54,492 nucleotides of DNA, taken from assembly GCA_964626125.1 (NCBI GenBank), contig CAZVFG010000001.1:1-54492 (forward strand). The letters are read 5' to 3'. Numbering within the stretch: position 1 is the stretch's first letter; each line of letters starts with the position of its first letter. The position numbers and the translations under genes are program-made. Shown piece by piece: positions 8,673 to 16,498 of the stretch. Origin of the DNA: an uncultured Methanoregula sp. (lineage in GTDB: Archaea > Halobacteriota > Methanomicrobia > Methanomicrobiales > Methanospirillaceae). The notes under the pieces are model-generated. The model did not search any database, had not been told where the DNA came from, and was given only the letters and a program-made list of their open reading frames with translations.

Positions 8673-11114
8673 TTATTTTCCTTTCTTTGCCTCTGGTATA
8701 TACTTTTTCAAGAGGAGCGAGAGACTGACAACGGTAACAGAACTCAATGCCATCGCCAAGGCGGCAAGCTCTGGCCTGAATGTAATCCCGAAGAATGGAT
8801 AGAGCACACCTGCTCCCACCGGGATCAGTGCCGAGTTGTAAGCAAATGCCCAGAAGATATTGCCCCTGATCCTGCCCATTACCTTCTTTGATAGCTGAAT
8901 GGATGCAACTGCATCGAGCAGGTCATCCTTGATCAGCACGATATCACCGCTCTCGATGGCGACATCAGTGCCACTCCCGATCGCGATACCTACGTCAGCC
9001 TGAGCGAGAGCGGGGGCATCATTAATCCCGTCGCCCACGAACGCTACGATCTCGCCTTTTCCCTGAAGTGCCCTGACCTCTGTTGCCTTGTCCTGCGGGA
9101 GCACCTCGGCAACTACCAGATCAATCCCGATTTGCTGTGCGATTGCATTCGCAGTGCGCCTGTTATCACCGGTGATCATAATAACGGTAAGCCCCATCGA
9201 TTTAAGATCATGGACTGCATCTTTAGTTGTCCCTTTTAACGTGTCAGCAATCGCGATGACACCCGCAATCTGCCCACCGGCAGCAACAAGGATGGCGGTC
9301 TTGCCTTCCTGTTCAAGCGAGGTTATCCGTGATTCGATTTCGGAAGGGATCTGCACCCCTTTTTCCTGCAGGAGACTACGGTTGCCTGCAAGCACTTCTT
9401 CGCCCAGGACGCGGGCAAAAACGCCCTTCCCGCTGAAGGTATCGAAGTGTTCTACCGGTTCAATCTTCACACCGCGATTCTCTGCTTTGTGCACGACAGC
9501 CTGAGCAAGCGGGTGCTGTGAGTTCTTCTCTAATGCAGCGGCAAATGCAAGGAGCGTCTCTTCCGATACACCGATTGGTACGAGATCGGTCACCTCCGGT
9601 TTGCCCTTCGTGAGCGTACCGGTCTTGTCAAAGATGACAGTCGTGACCTTCTCGGCAACTTCGAGCGCTTCGCCATTCCTGATCAGGATGCCAAGTTCAG
9701 CCCCGCGCCCGACCCCAACTGTTACCGCAGTCGGCGTTGCCAGCCCGAGTGCACAGGGACAGGCAACTACGAGGACGGAAATAAGAGCAGTCAATGCAAA
9801 AAGAAGCGGATCGGGCGGTACCGGGAACACAAAAAGCCAGACTACAAATGCGATTGCGGCGATAGCGAGCACTGCGGGGATGAAGTAGGTAACCGCAACA
9901 TCAGCGATCCGCTGCACAGGAGGTTTTGAGCCCTGCGCATCCTCCACAAGCTGGATGATCTGGGCAAGAACCGTCTCCTTGCCCACCTTCGTCGCTTTTA
10001 CCGACAACACGCCCATCTGGTTGATTGTACCTCCGACAACCCGGCTTCCCTTTATCTTGAGAGGGGGGATCGGTTCGCCGGTGATCATCGCCTCGTTCAC
10101 ATAACTTTCACCAGCGACCACTTCGCCATCCACAGGGACTTTACCTCCTGGTTTCACGATCACGATGTCCCCGGCCACAACATCCTCAACCGGTACTTCA
10201 ACTTCACTTCCCTGACGGATCACAATCGCCGTCTTTGCCCGCAACCCAATGAGGGTCTTGATCGCGTCCGATGTCCTCCCCTTTGCCCGTGCTTCGAGAT
10301 ACCGCCCGAGCATGAGGAATGAAGCGAGCATGATTGCGGTATCGTAGAACATGAACTCATGGGTAAGCACAATCGAAAATGTACCCAATACGCTCGCAGC
10401 AAACGAAACCCCGATCCCCATTGCGTACATGACATCCATGTTAAGCGTGCGGTTCCGCAGTGCCATGCGGGCAGCACGGAAGATCGGATATGATACGTAC
10501 ACAAAGACCGGTGTGGAGATAACAAGCATCACATAGGGAAGCAGGTGCATCGGAATTGGTAATGGAATGTACATCATGAACATGAGAGGGATGCTTACCG
10601 AAAACCCGATCATAAAACGGAGGAACTTATCATGCAGGTCTTTTTCTCTGGCTTTCTTTTCCGCTTCCTCGCTCAATTCACCTGCGAGCCCGAGATACTG
10701 GTAGCCTGCGTCCTCGATCGCCTTCTTCATTTCGCTGATATCAGATACCGACGGGTTATACGTAATATAAGCTTTTTCGGTGCCAAGGCTCACCGTAGCA
10801 GATACAACACCCGGGAGTACACGCAACGCTGCCTCAATTGTCTGGACGCACGTGGCACAGACCATCCCTCCGATTTTGATTGTCGCCTCTCGGTTTATCA
10901 CTTCATACCCGGCATCCTTCACCGCTTTTTCCAGCTCCCCAAGTGTCACTTTTGCCGGATCGAATTCAATATGGGCAGTGTCGGTGCCGAAGTTCACCTG
11001 TGCCTTTGATACATCATTGAGTTTTGATAATGATTCCTCGATATTGATCGCGCAGGTGGCACAGTGCATACCCGAGATTTTTAGTTCGGCTTTTTTCTTT
11101 TCCGGCTCTGCCAT
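8673..11114 (-). CDS. copA: copper-translocating P1B-type ATPase with two N-terminal HMA domains
   Basis: Two GMxCxxC motifs (GMHCATCA, GMVCATCV), a CPC motif (VACPCALGLATP), DKTGTLT, and GDGINDAP. ATG 11114 is preceded by GGAGGAG. Confidence 0.95.
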   Translation of the reverse strand: MAEPEKKKAELKISGMHCATCAINIEESLSKLNDVSKAQVNFGTDTAHIEFDPAKVTLGELEKAVKDAGYEVINREATIKIGGMVCATCVQTIEAALRVLPGVVSATVSLGTEKAYITYNPSVSDISEMKKAIEDAGYQYLGLAGELSEEAEKKAREKDLHDKFLRFMIGFSVSIPLMFMMYIPLPIPMHLLPYVMLVISTPVFVYVSYPIFRAARMALRNRTLNMDVMYAMGIGVSFAASVLGTFSIVLTHEFMFYDTAIMLASFLMLGRYLEARAKGRTSDAIKTLIGLRAKTAIVIRQGSEVEVPVEDVVAGDIVIVKPGGKVPVDGEVVAGESYVNEAMITGEPIPPLKIKGSRVVGGTINQMGVLSVKATKVGKETVLAQIIQLVEDAQGSKPPVQRIADVAVTYFIPAVLAIAAIAFVVWLFVFPVPPDPLLFALTALISVLVVACPCALGLATPTAVTVGVGRGAELGILIRNGEALEVAEKVTTVIFDKTGTLTKGKPEVTDLVPIGVSEETLLAFAAALEKNSQHPLAQAVVHKAENRGVKIEPVEHFDTFSGKGVFARVLGEEVLAGNRSLLQEKGVQIPSEIESRITSLEQEGKTAILVAAGGQIAGVIAIADTLKGTTKDAVHDLKSMGLTVIMITGDNRRTANAIAQQIGIDLVVAEVLPQDKATEVRALQGKGEIVAFVGDGINDAPALAQADVGIAIGSGTDVAIESGDIVLIKDDLLDAVASIQLSKKVMGRIRGNIFWAFAYNSALIPVGAGVLYPFFGITFRPELAALAMALSSVTVVSLSLLLKKYIPEAKKGK

Positions 11115-11309
11115 GGGCTCCTCCAATCAGCTGATCTCCGGTTCCACAATATCCTGCTTATCGTACAAAAGGGTTGTGAAGGATCATATGAATCCGGTTA
11201 TCCTGTGGTTTTGATCAACCGGTATGCCGGTTCCGGCTGCAGTCTTTTTGATTTTACTACAGGAATAAACAGGATGACCGATAAACATATAGTAGAGGTT
11301 TACGCCGCA

Positions 11310-11957
11310 ATGAAGATCATTGCCCTGTACGGCAGCCCCCGGGCTATCCGGAGCCAAACCCGCAAGCTTGCCGGCTTCGTGCTTGACGGAGCCCGGAATG
11401 CCGGTGCTGAAACAGAAATAATCGATCTCATCGAATGCCGGATCGCACCCTGCACTGCATGCGAAGGCTGCACGCTGACCGGCACCTGCATTTTTGATGA
11501 CGACGTTGCCGGAATTATCAGAAGGATGAGAGATGCAGATGGCATCGTATTCGGTTCACCGGTATATATCGACAATGTCACCGGCCAGATGAAGGTCTTC
11601 TTTGACCGGTTGGCTGATGCAATCCACTACCAGGTGCTGGCCGGGAAATACGGGTGTGCTGTTGCGACAACCCACGAATCCGGCGGTGCCGAGGTGGTCG
11701 CGTACCTGAACCACGTGCTTAACTACCTTGGCGTCATCTCGGTAGGCGGTATTGGCATGGCGACAAAAGGGGATTCAGGTACGATCGATGCAGCAGAACC
11801 TGACGCACGGGCGCTGGGAAGGAAGCTTGCCGACGCGATCCGGGACGGGCATTCAGATCCCGCACAGGAGGAGATACTCAACGATAACCGTGAGTATTTC
11901 AAAAGATTGTTGAGGGGAACCGCGATTTCCGCACCGTTGAGTTCGAGGAGTGGGTGA
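11310..11957 (+). CDS. NADPH-dependent FMN reductase-like / iron-sulfur flavoprotein family protein (3' end possibly frameshifted)
   Basis: MKIIALYGSPR followed by the compact Cys motif CTACEGCTLTGTC and GIVFGSPVY. ATG 11310 follows GAGG. See the finding on the alternative C-terminal frame. Confidence 0.8.
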   Translation: MKIIALYGSPRAIRSQTRKLAGFVLDGARNAGAETEIIDLIECRIAPCTACEGCTLTGTCIFDDDVAGIIRRMRDADGIVFGSPVYIDNVTGQMKVFFDRLADAIHYQVLAGKYGCAVATTHESGGAEVVAYLNHVLNYLGVISVGGIGMATKGDSGTIDAAEPDARALGRKLADAIRDGHSDPAQEEILNDNREYFKRLLRGTAISAPLSSRSG

Positions 11958-11997
11958 AGAAGGGCTGGATTGGATGACCTGCGAGGGGTAATTCTTC

Positions 11998-12004
11998 TTT
12001 TTTT
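11998..12004 (+). terminator. oligo-T (T7) tract downstream of the flavoprotein gene
   Basis: CTTTTTTTG lies 40 nt after the stop. Archaeal intrinsic terminators are T-runs. Confidence 0.45.
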
Positions 12005-12084
12005 GCAGGGAAATTTCCCAGCTTCCATTGCCAGTACTATTCCCCGTACCCTTTACCCTTGCGCAGAAAGGTTCGCGCCGCAAA

Positions 12085-12545
12085 TAAAAAAAGGGTGACC
12101 GCAGGAGACTCGTCCGGATATTAACGAAAAAACATGGAGCCGTAATTTTTTACAAAAAATAATTCCCGGCTTTTCTGTCGGATATTTGTTATAAAGATTA
12201 TTTTTTTTTTAAAATTTCCAAAAAATTTTTTACAGAATTTTTTTTCTTGTCTTATCCTGATAAGCAGGTTCATTGTGGATCAGGATTCGGTAAAAGGGTG
12301 TATGTATTAACGGACTATAAAAAAACCTATAAATCAAAGGTTTTTTGCCAAAAAAATCAATTAAAACCCATATTCTTTCATCCATTAAAATAAGGGCATT
12401 AGCGGGCTTTGGCGCCACTTTAGCTCTAAAACGGTATAAGGAGTCCTGTAAAACAAGAAACGGGCCTAAAACGTTGCTATTTTGCAGGGTTTTATTCTGA
12501 TTAAAACGAGTATTTTCAAAAAATGAACGATTAAATCGATATTTT
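12085..12545. other. extremely AT-rich non-coding core (DUE-like) of a convergent intergenic spacer
   Basis: Contains T10 at 12201-12210, many A6-8/T6-8 runs, and an inverted repeat ATCCTGAT-N17-ATCAGGAT at 12254-12286. The only ORF (12230-12730, minus) is low-complexity. Confidence 0.6.
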
Positions 12546-12562
12546 CCGAGGGCGTGGACACC

Positions 12563-12575
12563 GTTTCCACTGGAA
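12563..12575 (-). other. ORB-core-like dyad TTCCAGTGGAAAC (candidate Orc1/Cdc6 recognition box)
   Basis: The plus strand reads GTTTCCACTGGAA. The motif is nested in GGACA(12556-12560)...TGTCC(12577-12581). Degenerate copies occur at 12607-12615 and 12677-12688. Confidence 0.4.
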
Positions 12576-12850
12576 TTGTCCGGGATGAGTGAAAACAGTA
12601 TCCGGGGTGGAAAACCAGGGCAATCGGAGCCCGTATAGGCCCCGGATTTCAGGTGAAGAGAGCTTCTTTGCACGCTCTCCAGTGATGATGTTATATCAGA
12701 CAATGGGTGGCCGTGTTCCCTGCCTGTCACGGGTATCTGATCCTTGAAGGGTCATTTGGTGTCGGCTCAAAATAGCATTAACGGAACTGTATCCAATAGC
12801 GTCACCAGATTTCAGCATGATGAGTTCGGATACAAAATTCATCCTGGTTC

Positions 12851-13135
12851 TCAGGTCTGTTCAATAAATCTTCTGTATTCCGCCAGCAGCGCCACCCCGT
12901 ACACCTCCTTCTTCCTGGTTGGCACGTAGTTGAGTGCCGTCGTCCGCTTCAGTAGTTCCTCTGTTATAGCATTGTCATCAGCAAGCTTCAGTTTCTTCAC
13001 TTCGTCAAGGATCCAGCCCAGCTGGTCAATCCCGGTCTCCTTGCCATCGATCAGAATCTTTTTAGTCTTGATCTTGTCTGGTGGGATCCCGCCGCAGATA
13101 GAGCAGTAGTACCCATCCTTATCATCCCCTGCCAT
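12851..13135 (-). CDS. small conserved-looking protein with N-terminal CxxC, function unknown
   Basis: 94-aa ORF: MAGDDKDGYYCSICGG...IDGKETGIDQLGWILDEV...NYVPTRKKEVYGVALLAEYRRF. It sits 3 nt from the upstream cupin gene, so they probably form an operon. Confidence 0.6.
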   Translation of the reverse strand: MAGDDKDGYYCSICGGIPPDKIKTKKILIDGKETGIDQLGWILDEVKKLKLADDNAITEELLKRTTALNYVPTRKKEVYGVALLAEYRRFIEQT

Positions 13136-13138
13136 GCT

Positions 13139-13618
13139 TCACTCTCGGATCATGGTAAGGCTCATCTTGAATTTGGTTATCGCTGAGAGTGCGTGAGGCA
13201 CATTGGCGGGGAAGATGATAGTCTCCCCCTCTTTCATCGGGTAGGTCTGTCCTGCGACCCAGACCTCGCACTCACCATCGAGGATCGAGACCACCGCGTC
13301 GAAGGGCGCGGTATGCTCGGAGAGTCCTTCATTCTCATCAAAGGAGAAGAGCGTGATGTTTCCTGCATTACGGGATATGATCATCCGGCTTGCCACAGTC
13401 CCTTCCTGATATCCTACCAGTTCTTTTAACCTGAGAACCTTGCCCTTGAGGTCTTCACGCTTTTTATCGTACGTATCGGTTTTATTCGGGTTTTCAAGCC
13501 TGTATTCCACCATGGTCATTCCCGGTAGATCAGTATGCGGAATGAGATTATATTCCTGTTTTTCCAAACGCATGGTATATGGTATCGTATATGCTGACGG
13601 TGATAGATCTGTATACAT
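13139..13618 (-). CDS. cupin domain protein
   Basis: Cupin barrel motifs: GLSEHTAPFDAVVSILDGECEVWV and ETIIFPANVPHAL. The start is uncertain (ATGs at 13618, 13573, 13519). Confidence 0.75.
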   Translation of the reverse strand: MYTDLSPSAYTIPYTMRLEKQEYNLIPHTDLPGMTMVEYRLENPNKTDTYDKKREDLKGKVLRLKELVGYQEGTVASRMIISRNAGNITLFSFDENEGLSEHTAPFDAVVSILDGECEVWVAGQTYPMKEGETIIFPANVPHALSAITKFKMSLTMIRE

Positions 13619-13684
13619 ACTTTACATCGGGGGTTCAAATGTTCCAGTCGCCAGTACACCTGATGAATGCCGATCTGTTTTCAT

Positions 13685-14926
13685 TCAGAGAACTGTGAGA
13701 AATACCCCGTATACAGCTACCTGAATTATTGTAAGAGGGACCCCTACCCGTGCAAATTCCCAGAACGTGAGTGTCTCTCCCTGCTTTTCTGCGTTCTGGA
13801 TGATAATCACGTTGCTTGCCGCACCAAGGATTGTCAGGTTTCCCGCAATCGTGCTCCCGGCAGCGAGCGCCATCAGTTGCGCTGTATTCCCGCCTGCCTG
13901 CAGGATCATCGGCTGGAAAAGGGCAGCAAAGGGGACATTGGAAATAAACTGGCTGATCACGACACTGGTCGCAAGGATCATCGGGACTGAGGTGGCTACA
14001 CTTTCGTCAACAAATGACTGGAAGAAACCGGTCTGCCAGACACATCCCATCAGTACGAACATTGCGGCAAAAAAGACCAGGGTGTGCCAGTCAATTCCTT
14101 GTATTACCTCGACCCTCTTTTCAGAAAATAACAGGATTGGCACAGCAGCACAAAATGCGATGAAAGGTATCGTGACAAAAAAACCGGTACCGGAGAGCGA
14201 AAGGATGATGTTTGAGGCAACCAGTGCAATAATAATTCCAAGTGAACACTGGCAGATATGCATGAACCGGCTGTCACAGGTGACCTGCTGAACGTCATCC
14301 AGTGGAAGAGGTATGAATTCCCTTTTATAAAATATCCTGAGGGTTATATATGCGACGAGGAGGTTAATGATGGTCGGCAAAGCAAGGTGCCATGCGAATG
14401 TGACAAACGGGGAGTTCATGCCACTGTTCACAGCAATGAGCAGGTTCTGAGGATTACCAATGGGACTCAGTACGCTCCCTGTCGTTATCGCTATGGCAAG
14501 AGAGAGCAGGAGGAGTTTTGAGGATATATGGAATTTCTTCGAAAGAGCCAGCATGAGTGGTGTGCCGATGATAGCGAGTGTGTCATTCATCAGGAGAGCC
14601 GAGAGCAAGCCCATACAGAGCATGATAACAATGACAAGCCGGTCAACTGATGATGTATGGTGGAAAAGCCGGTGGGATATGCACGCGAGATACCCACTGG
14701 CAACCAGCCCTTCTCCAACGATAAACATTCCAAATAAAAAAACCATCACGTCGAAGTTAATTGCCCGCAGTGCATTCAAAATCGTGATCTGACCGGTCAC
14801 CAGTACAGCCAGCGCTCCACCGAGCATGATCTGCCAGATCCTGACCCTGAACCTCCCCACCTGCCGGACCGCAATGAGCAGAAATACAGCGGCAAGTATG
14901 ATAACTGCGATCTGCGTACATTCAAT
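13685..14926 (-). CDS. ArsB/NhaD-superfamily (SLC13-like) anion permease; start codon problematic
   Basis: Multi-TM protein with the typical N-terminus IAVIILAAVFLLIAV...LGGALAVLVTG and repeated permease halves. There is no in-frame ATG/GTG/TTG before the first TM helix. The ORF-track N-terminal 120 aa (to 15286) is junk overlapping the divergent gene. Confidence 0.75.
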   Translation of the reverse strand: MECTQIAVIILAAVFLLIAVRQVGRFRVRIWQIMLGGALAVLVTGQITILNALRAINFDVMVFLFGMFIVGEGLVASGYLACISHRLFHHTSSVDRLVIVIMLCMGLLSALLMNDTLAIIGTPLMLALSKKFHISSKLLLLSLAIAITTGSVLSPIGNPQNLLIAVNSGMNSPFVTFAWHLALPTIINLLVAYITLRIFYKREFIPLPLDDVQQVTCDSRFMHICQCSLGIIIALVASNIILSLSGTGFFVTIPFIAFCAAVPILLFSEKRVEVIQGIDWHTLVFFAAMFVLMGCVWQTGFFQSFVDESVATSVPMILATSVVISQFISNVPFAALFQPMILQAGGNTAQLMALAAGSTIAGNLTILGAASNVIIIQNAEKQGETLTFWEFARVGVPLTIIQVAVYGVFLTVL

Positions 14927-15019
14927 CTGCCGTTCTTGGGAGATGAGTATTTGGCACCCGGAGGATATCCGGCATTTCTGAACAAAATTCTCATATAGTC
15001 CGGAACGGAATCTCTGTGC

Positions 15020-15508
15020 ATGAAATCCAGGCTGATAATCCCTATAATGATGGTTCTTGCCGTACTCATTTTCTCGGCAGGTTGCACCGGGGGCGGTGGA
15101 CAGGCAACACCCGCACCGACAGTACTTCCGACACCTATTCAGACGATGGTCATTTCCACCACGACACTCCCGACTAATGCCGGTGGATCGACACAACCTG
15201 GCCCAACCCAGACAATCCCCGTCGGCGAAGCAGTTTCTGTTTCGGTGGAAAAAGCAGGCACCTACTCGACCACAATCATTGCGCATTTTGATGGTGGAAA
15301 AGGTATTAACTTCGTCAGCAAAATTGACGTCAGAGTTACACGGCCGGACGGTTCTGTAGTCAGTGGTTTATTAAAGCCGATGATGGGAGAAACCATTGAA
15401 CTGGAAGGAACACAGGGAACCGACCGGGTTGAAGTCACCACCTATATGAAATCCGGCAATATATACAAAATCATCGATCAGCAGATGCCCTACAAGACAC
15501 GAGGATAA
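15020..15508 (+). CDS. exported lipobox protein, function unknown
   Basis: Signal peptide plus lipobox (MKSRLIIPIMMVLAVLIFSAGC), a Thr/Pro-rich linker, then a beta-rich domain. Confidence 0.7.
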   Translation: MKSRLIIPIMMVLAVLIFSAGCTGGGGQATPAPTVLPTPIQTMVISTTTLPTNAGGSTQPGPTQTIPVGEAVSVSVEKAGTYSTTIIAHFDGGKGINFVSKIDVRVTRPDGSVVSGLLKPMMGETIELEGTQGTDRVEVTTYMKSGNIYKIIDQQMPYKTRG

Positions 15509-15628
15509 TTCATTTATCATCAACATTTTCCTTTTTTTTGCAGATATCCCATAATTGAAAATTTGAACGATCTATAACACATCAACCATTGTTTATCAAA
15601 GAGTTAAAAAGAGAATTTTCAAATACCA

Positions 15629-16312
15629 TTATGGTCCTGATTCAACCTTCCAGTGTAACAAAATTCCATCGTCCAGTTGGGTAAATTCGACAAGCGTAAG
15701 CCGGGGGAACTCTGCCTCATTCACAAAGCCCGACCCATCGGCAGGGGTCGGTGCGTCCTTCCCCCCGATAATGATGTTTCCCACAAACGTATAGATCTCA
15801 TCAACAAAACCGGCAAAAAAAAGACTGGCAATGAGCGTCCCGCCTCCCTCCACCATCAGCTTCTGCATGCCCATTGCGCCGAGCTCATCGAGCAGCGTGG
15901 TAATGTCCACTTCGTTCTCGCCTGCAACAACAACCGTTGCCATTTTTTTTAGCTTGCTGATCTTTGCCGGATCCGCCCGGCAGGTAACTGCGATCACCCG
16001 CTTTCCTGCTCCCTTGGTAAGTACTGATGCAGTGAGGGGAATACGTGCATTGCTGTCAACAATCACACGGGCAGGGTGCTCGTCCCTGCCTTGAGCCTGT
16101 CGCTCCCGTTTCAGCTCGTCCGATTTCACGATCAGCGACGGGTCATCCGCAAGTACCGTCCCGATGCCGACCATCACCGCATCGCTTGACGCCTTGAGAC
16201 GATCGACGCGGAGAAAGTCATCGGTTCCCGAGATCTTCACCTGCCGTCGCTCGCGGGTGGAGAGCTTGCCGTCAGCACTCATCGCAACATTGACCACCAC
16301 ATAGGGGCGCAT
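15629..16312 (-). CDS. 2,5-diamino-6-(ribosylamino)-4(3H)-pyrimidinone 5'-phosphate reductase (RibD C-terminal-type, archaeal riboflavin/F420 pathway)
   Basis: MRPYVVVNVAMSADGKLS, VMVGIGTVLADDPSL, LMVEGGGTL. Confidence 0.85.
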   Translation of the reverse strand: MRPYVVVNVAMSADGKLSTRERRQVKISGTDDFLRVDRLKASSDAVMVGIGTVLADDPSLIVKSDELKRERQAQGRDEHPARVIVDSNARIPLTASVLTKGAGKRVIAVTCRADPAKISKLKKMATVVVAGENEVDITTLLDELGAMGMQKLMVEGGGTLIASLFFAGFVDEIYTFVGNIIIGGKDAPTPADGSGFVNEAEFPRLTLVEFTQLDDGILLHWKVESGP

Positions 16313-16498
16313 AATTTACCCTTTGATCCCTAGGATATTATAGCAACCGGATAGACCTGAAGCAGGGGCAGGAAACGACAAGTTTAAACCGGATTTAAAA
16401 ATCAGCATTATCATGGTTGTACATTGAGATTTCCACGATTTTTTGGGGGATTTTGGAGAATGTATATATAAAAACAGCGTCAAAGAACAAGTATATAC

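Noticed and set aside
12230-12730. 166-aa minus-strand ORF, the only long ORF in the 11958-12850 spacer
   Set aside because: Its translation is low-complexity and rich in F/L/K/N, as dictated by AT-rich DNA. It has no motif, start context or hydrophobic periodicity, and it crosses a sharp compositional boundary. I treat it as a chance ORF.
12683-12740. Possible C/D-box sRNA (GUGAUGA ... CUGA, 58 nt)
   Set aside because: There are no acceptable internal D' and C' boxes at the required spacing of about 12 nt, and no terminal stem flanks the boxes. It is kept only as part of the broader structured-RNA observation.
14927-15286. N-terminal 120 aa of the 533-aa ORF-track entry 13685-15286
   Set aside because: This part is Cys/Arg-rich junk that overlaps the well-supported divergent lipoprotein gene (15020-15508). 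The permease homology begins only at about 14926.
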